Source of the DNA: an uncultured Candidatus Rokubacteria bacterium | GTDB lineage: Bacteria; Methylomirabilota; Methylomirabilia; Rokubacteriales; CSP1-6 | Length of the DNA: 13,941 nt | NCBI GenBank assembly: GCA_963747235.1 | Contig: CAVVEU010000021.1 | Location: 1-13,941, forward strand | Reading direction: 5' to 3' | Shown: piece after piece, positions 1-7,399 of the stretch | Layout of the letters: every line of letters starts with the position of its first letter | Numbering within the stretch: the stretch's first letter is position 1 | Position numbers and translations under genes: made by a program | Notes under the pieces: model-generated | Database searches by the model: none | What the model was told of the DNA's origin: nothing | The model's input: the letters and a program-made list of their open reading frames with translations, nothing else

Positions 1-362
1 TCGGTGATGGTGGCCTCGCCGAACGCGATGGTGCGGCCGCGCCGCAGGATGCGGCCCTCCGCGAAGACGTCGCCGGTGCTGGCCCCGATGAAGCTCACGT
101 TCATGTCGAGCGTGGTCTGCCCCACCCCGCCCGCGGAGGCCTCGTGCATCGTCGCGAGCGCGCCGCCCACCGCCATGTCGGTCAGCGCGGCGTAGACGCC
201 GCCGTGCAGCGGCGCGCCCGCCGCGTTGCGCAGCTCGTCGCGCACCGGCACGCGCAGGCGCACCCAGCCCTCGCGCGCCGCTTCCACCTCCACGCCCAGG
301 TAGCGCCAGAAGGAATTGTCGCGCGCGCGGGCGCGCACCCGCTCCAGCAGATCGTCGCTCAT
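1..362 (-). CDS. PaaI/hotdog-fold thioesterase (3' end runs off the window)
   Basis: Not in the ORF track because there is no stop in the window. Manual translation from ATG 362 gives MSDDLLERVRARARDNSFWRYLGVEV...LRNAAGAPLHGGVYAALTDMAVGGA...TTLDMNVSFIG...AEGRILRRGRTIAFGEATI, with the N-x5-LHGG-x6-D hotdog motif. The ATG overlaps the corrected CDF stop (ATGA). Confidence 0.9.
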   Translation of the reverse strand, partial: MSDDLLERVRARARDNSFWRYLGVEVEAAREGWVRLRVPVRDELRNAAGAPLHGGVYAALTDMAVGGALATMHEASAGGVGQTTLDMNVSFIGASTGDVFAEGRILRRGRTIAFGEATIT

Positions 363-1371
363 GGTCTCCCGCGGGGCATGTCGGGTTGAACCGCCTCGTC
401 CAGGGTCAGGCGGCGGGCGGTCGGTGAACGGCTCGCGGCGGATCGGGCAGTCGTCGAGATCGCACATCCGGCAGTAGATGCGATGGCAGGGATCGGTGTG
501 GAGCGTCATCTCGCCCTCCACGCTCAGCTCCTTCATCACCCGCTCGCCGAGGTCCTCGGCCAGCTCGTGCGAGCGCTCCACCGACCAGAACTCGGGGACG
601 ACCAGGTGCGCGTCCACGTGGTGAAAGCGGCCCGCGCGGATCGCGCGCAGGTGGTGGACGCGGATCACGCCCTGGCTCAGGTGCGGCTGCAGGACCTCGA
701 GCAGACGGCCCAGCAGATCGGTGTCCTCCTCGTCCAGGAGACCGCCGGCGGCGTGCCGAACGAGCCGGTACCCGGTCCACAGCAGATTCAGGGCCACGAC
801 GCCGGCCACGAGCGGGTCCAGCCACCCGATCCCGGTGAACCGGACGAGGAGCAGGCCGATCACGATCCCGGCGCTGGTGTAGAAATCGGCGAGCACGTGG
901 CGGCCGTCGGCCACGAGGGTGAGCGAGGCGTACTTCCGGCCCGTCGCGGATCAGGTACCAGCCGAGCAGGAGGTTCGCGAGGCCCGCGCCCAGCACGATG
1001 GAGACGCCGACGTCCAGCGCGCGCACCTCCACGCCGCGGAGCAGCGCCAGCACCACCTCGTAGACGATCAGCACCGCCGCGAAGGCGATCAGGCCGCCCT
1101 CGAAGGCGGCGCTGAAGAACTCGATCTTGCCGTGTCCGTAGGGGTGGTTGCGATCGGCGGGGCGGCCCGCGAAGATGATCCCGCCCAGCCCGAACACCGC
1201 GGCCACCACGTTGACGATGGACTCGAGCGCGTCGGACAGGATGGCGGTGGAGCCGGTGAGGCGATAGGCCTGGTACTTGGCGACCAGCAGGACGACCGAC
1301 ACCGCCAGCGAGATGACGACCGCGCGCAGCCGCGCCCGTCCCTCCACGTCCGCCGCGATCCCGTCCGCCAT
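359..1371 (-). CDS. Cation diffusion facilitator (FieF/YiiP-like) metal efflux transporter, with two apparent +1 frameshifts (~945, ~410)
   Basis: N-terminal frame has STAILSDALESIVN and PADRNHPYGHGKIEFFSA. Removing one base near 945 continues as TGRKYASLTLVADGRHVLADFYTS...WLDPLVA...HHLRAIRAGRFHHVDAHLVVP...HTDPCHRIYCRMCDLDDCPIRREPF. Removing one base near 410 ends it as RPPLTLDEAVQPDMPRGRP*, with TGA 361-359 overlapping the next ATG. Confidence 0.88.
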
Positions 1372-1378
1372 GGACTCG

Positions 1379-1384
1379 ATCATA
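1379..1384 (-). promoter_or_regulatory. -10 element TATGAT of a probable leaderless CDF transcript
   Basis: Minus strand reads gggTATGATcgagtccATG: 7 nt to ATG 1371, no Shine-Dalgarno. Confidence 0.6.
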
Positions 1385-1458
1385 CCCGCGGCGCGCGCCG
1401 CTTGCCGCGTCAGGTACCATGAGCGTGTAAGGCAACCCTCACCCAAAGGAGTCGCGCG

Positions 1459-2158
1459 ATGATCGTCACCCGTCCCGCCGCCGAGCGCGGCCACTTCGAT
1501 CACGGCTGGCTGGACACCTCGCACACGTTCTCGTTCGCGGGCTATCACGACCCCGCGCACATGGGCTTCCGGACGCTACGGGTCATCAACGAGGACCGCG
1601 TGGCGGGCGGGCGCGGATTCGGCGCGCACTCGCACAACGACATGGAGATCGTGACCTACGTGCTGGAGGGCGCGCTCGAGCACGCCGACAGCATGGGCAA
1701 TCGCTCGGTCATCGTGCCGGGCGACGTCCAGCGCATGAGCGCGGGCACCGGGGTGACCCACAGCGAGGCCAATCCGAAGCCGGACCAGCCGGTGCACTTC
1801 CTCCAGATCTGGATCCTGCCGGATCGCCGCGGGCTCGCCCCCGGCTACGAGCAGAAGGCGATCCCGTCAGGAAGAAGAATGCGGGACGCTGCGGCTCATC
1901 GCCTCGCGCGACGGCCGGGACGGCGGGGTGACGATCCACCAGGACGTGGATCTCTACGTCTCGCGCCTCGAGCCCGGCGAGCGGGTGAAGCACGCCCTGG
2001 CGAACGGGCGGCACGCGTGGCTACAGATGGTGACCGGCCGCGTGGAGATGAACGGCACCGCGCTCGGCGCGGGCGACGGCGCCGCGGTGAGCCGGGAGCA
2101 GGCGCTCGAGATCTCAGCCCTCGAGTCCGCCCACTTCCTCCTGTTCGACCTGGCCTGA
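1459..2158 (+). CDS. Pirin family protein (YhhW-like quercetinase/bicupin), with an apparent +1 frameshift at ~1861-1882
   Basis: [71 protein letters not shown]. It continues in the +1 frame as [23 protein letters not shown]...[16 protein letters not shown] lies just upstream of the ATG. Confidence 0.92.
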
Positions 2159-2160
2159 AC

Positions 2161-2245
2161 CCCCTCACCCTGCCCTCTCCCCCTCGACGGGGGAGAGGGC
2201 GATCGCATAACCCTCTCCCCTCAGGGGAGAGGGCAGGGTGAGGGG
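2161..2245. repeat. Branched palindromic extragenic repeat (REP/BoxC-like), copy 1; probably also a bidirectional terminator or mRNA stabiliser
   Basis: Perfect 22-bp inverted repeat CCCCTCACCCTGCCCTCTCCCC (2161-2182) / GGGGAGAGGGCAGGGTGAGGGG (2224-2245), with internal hairpins at 2172-2200 and 2211-2233. Lies between convergent stops at 2158 and 2250. Confidence 0.9.
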
Positions 2246-2249
2246 TGGT

Positions 2250-3321
2250 CTATGCCCCCTGGCCGAGCTGCTGCCCGACGAACTGCTTGGCGTCGAACTC
2301 CTCCGCCACGCGGTTGTCGTTCTCGAGGATCGCGGCCGCGTCCGTCTCCGCGAACTCCATGACGCCCATGTCCTCGTAGGCCCGCCGCACCCGGTTGCCC
2401 CAGAGCCCGATGTCCTTCACGGTGGGGACGATCCGGGTGAACAGGCGCCGCCGGAACTGCTTCATGGTGTCCGACTGGTCCACCGCCGCGACGCACTCCT
2501 TGACCGGAAGGCCCAGGTTCTCCCAGACCTCCTTCTGGTCGAAGCGATCGCGCATGTGGTAGCAGGCCTCGACCACGAATTCTTCGCGCTCGTCGCGCTC
2601 TGAGTCGCGTGAGCTGCGGGTAGTAGTCGCGCAGGGCCAGGCGGCCGAAGGCCACGTGGCGCGCCTCGTCCTGCATGACGTAGGCGTTCACCGCCGCGCA
2701 CAGGGGGTTGGTCGAGTTGTCGCGGATGCGCTGGAAGGCGGCGAGGGCCAGCCCCTCGATCAGGATCTGCATGCCGAGATAGGTCATGTCCCAGCGCCGG
2801 TCGGTGATCGTGGCCTCGAGCAGCTTGGCCAGCGTGGGGGTGATCGGGTACGCGAGCTTGAACTTCTCGTGGAGCAGCCGGGAGTAGGCCTCCACGTGGC
2901 GCGCCTCGTCCATCACCTGGGTCGCGGCGTAGAACTTGGACTCGTAGGTCGGCACGGTCTGCACGATCTTGGCGGTCGCGATGAGCGCGCCCTGCTCGCC
3001 GTGCATGAACTGCGAGAGCGAGTGGGCCTGCAGGTTGCGCCGGATGTGCACCCGGTCCTTCTCGCCGAGGCTGTTCCAGAGATCGGTCCCGTGGATCGCG
3101 ATGGTCCGGTCCGACATCCCCATCGGGTTGTCCGGGTCCACGTCCTGCGACCAGTCGAGCCGCTCCGCCGCGTCCCACTGCTGCTTCTTGCCCTTCGAGT
3201 ACAGGCGCAGCAGGTCCTCGCTGCCGTCCTCGTATTCCCAGGTGAACGCGGTGGTGGTCTGGCCCTCGACCTTCCACTGGGTCTGCTCGACGGGCAACCG
3301 GTACAGGAACGTGCTGGACAT
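2250..3321 (-). CDS. Ferritin-like diiron protein (AurF/CmlI-like N-oxygenase superfamily), with an apparent +1 frameshift at ~2607
   Basis: Diiron ligand pattern SQFMHGEQGA / QVMDEARH / QILIEGLALA / VMQDEARH. Removing one base near 2607 joins RDYYPQLT to DSERDEREEFVVEACYHMRDRF...GQQLGQGA*. SD GGAGGA upstream of ATG 3321. Confidence 0.85.
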
Positions 3322-3341
3322 GGCATCCTCCGCTTCGAGGA

Positions 3342-3389
3342 GTGAGTGGTCGTTCAGTGGCGGAAGAATAGCACTGAACGGCCGTTCAG
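3342..3389 (-). promoter_or_regulatory. Extended -10 promoter (TGcTATTCT) flanked by two palindromic operator-like sites
   Basis: Perfect 16-bp palindrome CTGAACGGCCGTTCAG (3374-3389), degenerate copy TGAGTGGTCGTTCA (3343-3356), and minus-strand TG-c-TATTCT at 3373-3365 between them. Confidence 0.65.
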
Positions 3390-5131
3390 GAAACCCCGGC
3401 CCGCCCCCGCAGGTCCAGGGGGATCTCCTCCCCCATCTGCGCGTCGCGCTCGTGGCGGGCCACCTCGGCGCGCACCGCGTCGGGGGTGCGGAAGCAGAGG
3501 CCGACGGCGACCACCACCACCGCGCCGATCATGGCCCACCAGGTGAACGCCACCTCCGGGATCCAGGCCGGCTGCCGGAAGGTCGCGGCCAGGCCGAACC
3601 AGGGGGCCACCCCGTTCAGGATCGTGATGTGGAGCTTGCCGGCCACCACCGTCGCGACCAGCCCCGCGGTGATCGCCAGCAGGTTGCCCCGGTCGGAGCC
3701 GCGGCCGGTGGTCAGCATCCCGATCAGGAACACGCCGAGCATCGGCCCCAGGATGAAGCCCGCGATGCCGAGCACCACCGGGATGATCCGCACGTCCGGG
3801 GTCGTGACCTTGGCGTAGGCGAAGGCGCCGGCGATCGCGACCATGAAGACCGCGAAGAGCACGGTGAACCCGCGGGCCACCCGCACGTAGTGGGTCTGGG
3901 ACCGGCCGCGCACCCAGTGGAGATACCAGTCGTTGGTGGCGCTGGTGGCGAGGGCGTTGAGCGCGGCCGAGAAGGACCCCATCGCGGTGGCGAACACCCC
4001 CGCGACCACGAAGCCGCGCACGCCGACCGGCATCACGTTCAGGATGTAGGAGGCGAAGACGTCGGCGGTGGCTCCCGGGCGGAAGGTCGGGTCCTGCTGG
4101 TAGAACACGAAGAGCAGGATGCCGATGAAGACGAAGGCGCCCGCGATCGGCACGTCCATGAAGGCGGCGGTGACCAGGCTGCGGCGCGCCTTCTGGTGGG
4201 TCTCCGCGGTCAGCATGCGCTGGACCATGTCCTGGTCGGTGCCGAAGGCGGCCATGTTGCCGACGGTGGCGCCGATCACCGCGGAGAAGAGCGTGTAGTC
4301 GCTGGCCAGGACCAGCTTGACGTAGTCCCACACCCCCATCGCGGAGAGGCCGTGCGCGGCCTGCCACGCCGCGACGCGGGCGGCCTCGAAGCCGTGCAGG
4401 AAGTAGCCCTCGTGGCTCGTGAGCTGCGGCACCGCCCGGACGACCGCGGAGAGCCCGCCCACGTGGACGAGCAGGGTGGCGATCGCCACCAGCGCGCCGC
4501 CGAACATCAGGCAGGCCTGGATCACGTCGGTCCAGATCACCGCCTTGATCCCGCCCACCGCGGTGTAGAGACAGGTCACGACGGTGAGGATGACGATCGC
4601 GACCAGGTAGGGGCCGACGGTCGTGACCGGCTCCTGCGCGGCCTCGGCGCGGGCGCCCGAGACGAACAGGCGATACGCCAGCACCATCACGAGCGAGGGG
4701 ATGAAGAGCCGCGTCCCGGAGGCGAGCGTGCGCATGAAGAGGAAGAGGGCGGAGACGTAGGCCTTGCTCCACGGTCCGAAGCGCACCCCGAGGTAGTCGT
4801 AGACCGTGTAGACCTTGAAGGTGTAGTACGGCCGCAGGAAGACGTGGCCGACCACGACGCGCCCCAGGATCAGCCCGATCATGATCTGCACGTAGGCGAA
4901 GCTCCGCGTGGTGTAGCCCTCGGCGGGCACGCCCAGGAAGGTCGCCGCGCTCGTCTCCGCCGCGATGATCGACGCCATCACCGCCCACCAGGGCACGCGG
5001 CGGCCCGCGAGGGCGAAGTCCTCCAGGCTCCGGTCCTTCCGCCCCAGGTAGAGGCCGATCGCGGTGATGCCGGCGAAGTAGACGACGACGATGGCGCCGT
5101 CGATCAGCAGCTCCGCCGCGGGAGAGAGCAC
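3386..5131 (-). CDS. Sodium:solute symporter (SSS/SLC5 family), possibly for a sugar or amino sugar
   Basis: 581-aa multi-TM protein with DFALAGRRVPWWAV, SIIAAETSAATFLGVP, YTAVGGIKAVIWTDVIQ, GTDQDMVQRML and GVFATAMGSFSAALNALAT, all typical SSS motifs. The GTG start is uncertain. Confidence 0.92.
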   Translation of the reverse strand: MLSPAAELLIDGAIVVVYFAGITAIGLYLGRKDRSLEDFALAGRRVPWWAVMASIIAAETSAATFLGVPAEGYTTRSFAYVQIMIGLILGRVVVGHVFLRPYYTFKVYTVYDYLGVRFGPWSKAYVSALFLFMRTLASGTRLFIPSLVMVLAYRLFVSGARAEAAQEPVTTVGPYLVAIVILTVVTCLYTAVGGIKAVIWTDVIQACLMFGGALVAIATLLVHVGGLSAVVRAVPQLTSHEGYFLHGFEAARVAAWQAAHGLSAMGVWDYVKLVLASDYTLFSAVIGATVGNMAAFGTDQDMVQRMLTAETHQKARRSLVTAAFMDVPIAGAFVFIGILLFVFYQQDPTFRPGATADVFASYILNVMPVGVRGFVVAGVFATAMGSFSAALNALATSATNDWYLHWVRGRSQTHYVRVARGFTVLFAVFMVAIAGAFAYAKVTTPDVRIIPVVLGIAGFILGPMLGVFLIGMLTTGRGSDRGNLLAITAGLVATVVAGKLHITILNGVAPWFGLAATFRQPAWIPEVAFTWWAMIGAVVVVAVGLCFRTPDAVRAEVARHERDAQMGEEIPLDLRGRAGVS

Positions 5132-5254
5132 GATCCATTATCGCGGAGGCGGGCCCCGCGGGCGGCAATCTGCGGCGCGCCCCGCGGCCGGTCGCGGCGC
5201 TGGTCCCCATCTCGACGTTGGACTATGATCGGCAACGGGAGCGGCGTGGCGAAC

Positions 5255-5530
5255 ATGCGGAGCGTGCGACGGTGGTCGGCGATCCTGGCTCTCGCCGGGG
5301 CCGTCGCCGGGCCCTCGGCCGCGCCGGGCCAGACGTCGGTCTCCATGGAGTTCCCGACGCTCTGGAAGGTGGACGACCGCACGAGCTTCACGCTCATGCA
5401 CGGGTTCTACGACCAGCTCGGCAAGCTGGACACGGTCCAGGCGCTCCAGGCCGCCCAGCGGGCGGCCATGAAGGAATTCCCCCACCCCTTCGCCTGGGCC
5501 GCCTTCGCCCTCACCGGAGTCGGCCGCTGA
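5255..5530 (+). pseudogene. Signal peptide fused to only the C-terminal end of a CHAT (caspase-like HetF) domain; internally deleted remnant or mini-protein
   Basis: MRSVRRWSAILALAGAVAGPSAA (signal-like), then TLWKVDDRTSFTLMHGFYDQL...ALQAAQ...PHPFAWAAFALTG, matching the CHAT terminal (S/T)LWxVxD...FY...AL..AQ...HPxxWAxFxLxG pattern. The catalytic His/Cys region is absent. Start could be 5225, 5246 or 5255. Confidence 0.7.
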
Positions 5531-5532
5531 CC

Positions 5533-7398
5533 TTGGCCCTCCGGGGCACGGGACGCCGCGCGCGGGTGCTGCGCGCGATGCTGGTCGGCCTGCTGGTCTC
5601 CGTCGCGGTCACCGCGTTCTCCCGCACCGGCGTCCTGGCGGGCTGGGAGACGCGCGCGGTGGACGCCTTCCTCTTCCTGCGTGACCGGGTGGCCGCGCCC
5701 GAGATCACCCTGGTCCTGATCGACGACGACGCGTTCCAGGCCCTCGGCCAGCGCCAGCCGCTCTCGCGCCGGTACGTCGCCGACCTGGCCGACTTCCTGC
5801 TCAAGAGCGGCGCGCGCGTGGTGGCGTTCGATCTCGTCCTCACCGCCCCCACCGTGCCCGCGGAGGACGAGGCGCTCCTCGCCACCGTCCGGCGCTGGAA
5901 CGCGGCGCGGCCCGGCTCGCTGATCTTCGCCACCTTCGCGATGCCGGCGGGTCAGGACGGCACGGACGGCTACACCCTGCTGCCGCCGTTCGCGCCCGAG
6001 CTCGCCGGGCTGGTGGGCTTCGCCAACGCGCCGATCGGCGCCGACGGCATGGTGCGGCGCTTCACGCCGGTCCTGCCCCGGGCGGGCGGCGGATGGCTGC
6101 CCGCCCTCTCGCTCACCACGCTCGCCGCGTCCGCCGGCCTCCCGCCCGCGGAGCTGACCCGGCGCCTCGTGGGCGAGGACGTCGCGATCTCGCTGCCCGT
6201 GCGCGAGCCGTCCGGCGCGATCGCGGGCCCCACGCCGACGCCGGTGAGCCAGCTCGCGGCCCGGCCGTGGCGCGTCGACTTCTCCGGGCCGGCGGGCGCC
6301 TTCACCACCTTCCCGAGCGAGCCGCTGGTGCAGCTCGCGCGCGCGGGCACCATCCCCGACCAGGACAATCCCTTCCGCGACCGCATCGTCCTGGTGGGCG
6401 CGAGCTTCGCGGAGAGCCGCGACACGTTCCCCACCCCGACCGGGCTCATGCCGGGCGTCGAGATCCACGCCCACATGGTGAACACCCTGCTCTCGCGCCG
6501 GACCCTGCTGCCGCCGCCCTGGTACCTGAACGTGGCGCTGCTCACGCTGGTCTGCGTGTCGATCTCGCTGCTCTCGCTCTGGCTGCGCCCGCTCTGGCTC
6601 GCGCTGGTCGGCCTGGCCCTGGTGGCCGGGCTCGCCGCCGCGTCGTACGAGGCGTACACGCGCGGCGGCTACTGGCTCGACTTCCTGGCTCCGCTCATCG
6701 GGATGCTGGTCTATCTCCAGGGCGCCCACATGCTGCGCCGGCGCCGCCTGCGCTCGGCCTTCGGCCAGTACGTGAGCCCCGAGATCATGGACCGCGTGCT
6801 GCAGACCGGCACGCCGCTGGGCGGCGAGGTGCGCCGCGTGACCGTGCTGATGTCGGACCTGCGCGGCTTCACCACCATGTCCGAGCGGCTCCCGCCCGAG
6901 GTCGTCTCCGAGATGATGAACGAGTACTTCACCGCGATGGTGGACGTGATCCTCGCGCATCGCGGGCTCGTGCAGGATTTCATCGGCGACGCGATCATGG
7001 CGGTGTACGGCGCCCCGCTCGACGACGCCGAGCACTGCTGGCACGCGGCCCACACCGCGATGGCCATGCACGCGGCGCTCGAGGGACTGAACCGGCGCTG
7101 GGAGGCGCAGGACCGTGGGCCGCTCGCCATGGGCATCGCGGTCCACACCGGCGAGGCGTTCGCGGGAACCCTGGGCGCGCCGCGGAAGAAGAAGTACGCG
7201 GTGCTCGGCGACACCGTCAACACCACGTCCCGCATCGAGGGGTTGAATCGCGACCTCGGCACCGGCATCCTGATCAGTGGCGCGGTGCTGGCCGTCCTCA
7301 AGGACCGGGTGGTGGTCCGGGACCGGGGCAGCGTGACCGTGAAGGGCCGGCGGCAGCCGGTCGAGATCTACGAGCTCACCAGTCTGACGGAGGCCTGA
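5533..7398 (+). CDS. CHASE2-domain membrane class III nucleotidyl cyclase (adenylate/guanylate cyclase family)
   Basis: N-terminal TM; CHASE2 (ITLVLIDD, GARVVAFDLVL, RIVLVGAS, DTFPTP, MPGVEIHA); three TMs; cyclase core VTVLMSDLRGFTTMSE, FIGDAIMAVYGAP, GIAVHTGE, LGDTVNTTSRIEGLN. Start is TTG 5533, GTG 5566 or ATG 5578. Confidence 0.93.
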   Translation: MALRGTGRRARVLRAMLVGLLVSVAVTAFSRTGVLAGWETRAVDAFLFLRDRVAAPEITLVLIDDDAFQALGQRQPLSRRYVADLADFLLKSGARVVAFDLVLTAPTVPAEDEALLATVRRWNAARPGSLIFATFAMPAGQDGTDGYTLLPPFAPELAGLVGFANAPIGADGMVRRFTPVLPRAGGGWLPALSLTTLAASAGLPPAELTRRLVGEDVAISLPVREPSGAIAGPTPTPVSQLAARPWRVDFSGPAGAFTTFPSEPLVQLARAGTIPDQDNPFRDRIVLVGASFAESRDTFPTPTGLMPGVEIHAHMVNTLLSRRTLLPPPWYLNVALLTLVCVSISLLSLWLRPLWLALVGLALVAGLAAASYEAYTRGGYWLDFLAPLIGMLVYLQGAHMLRRRRLRSAFGQYVSPEIMDRVLQTGTPLGGEVRRVTVLMSDLRGFTTMSERLPPEVVSEMMNEYFTAMVDVILAHRGLVQDFIGDAIMAVYGAPLDDAEHCWHAAHTAMAMHAALEGLNRRWEAQDRGPLAMGIAVHTGEAFAGTLGAPRKKKYAVLGDTVNTTSRIEGLNRDLGTGILISGAVLAVLKDRVVVRDRGSVTVKGRRQPVEIYELTSLTEA

Positions 7399-7399
7399 C

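Noticed and set aside
1-944. Apparent CDF C-terminus-PaaI thioesterase fusion (one stop-free minus frame from 944 to the window edge)
   Set aside because: Deleting one base at ~410 gives a natural CDF ending whose TGA overlaps the thioesterase ATG (ATGA). This fits the other +1 errors better than a fusion does.
2161-2245. Repeats as a CRISPR array or as IS ends
   Set aside because: There are only two dispersed copies 6 kb apart, with no regular spacers, cas genes, transposase or target-site duplication.
2159-2249. C-terminal tails [13 protein letters not shown] / PSPCPLP on the pirin and diiron ORFs
   Set aside because: These are translations of the extragenic repeat, reached only because of the upstream frameshifts.
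1861-2607. Programmed ribosomal frameshifting in the pirin or diiron gene
   Set aside because: No recognisable slippery sequence or stimulatory structure at the sites, and these families are not known to be recoded.
2969-5250. 853-aa + strand ORF and other long overlapping ORFs (e.g. 3354-5210, 5407-7146, 6093-7403, 9938-11623, and most of 11968-13050)
   Set aside because: These are Arg/Pro/Gly-rich shadow frames of real genes, expected at this GC content. Only the last ~91 codons of 2969-5530 and the first ~11 codons of 11968-13050 look genuine.
5218-5532. N-terminal extensions in the ORF track (cyclase from 5218, mlaC from 9260, kinase from 8746, APC from 11608, CDF from 1560)
   Set aside because: They overlap neighbouring genes or promoters. 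SD sites, -10 spacing and stop-start coupling support the shorter starts.
5255-7398. CHAT plus cyclase as an anti-phage system (Craspase or Pycsar)
   Set aside because: No Cas7-11 or cNMP-binding effector is present. The cyclase is a membrane CHASE2 sensor and its partners are secreted, which fits signalling.
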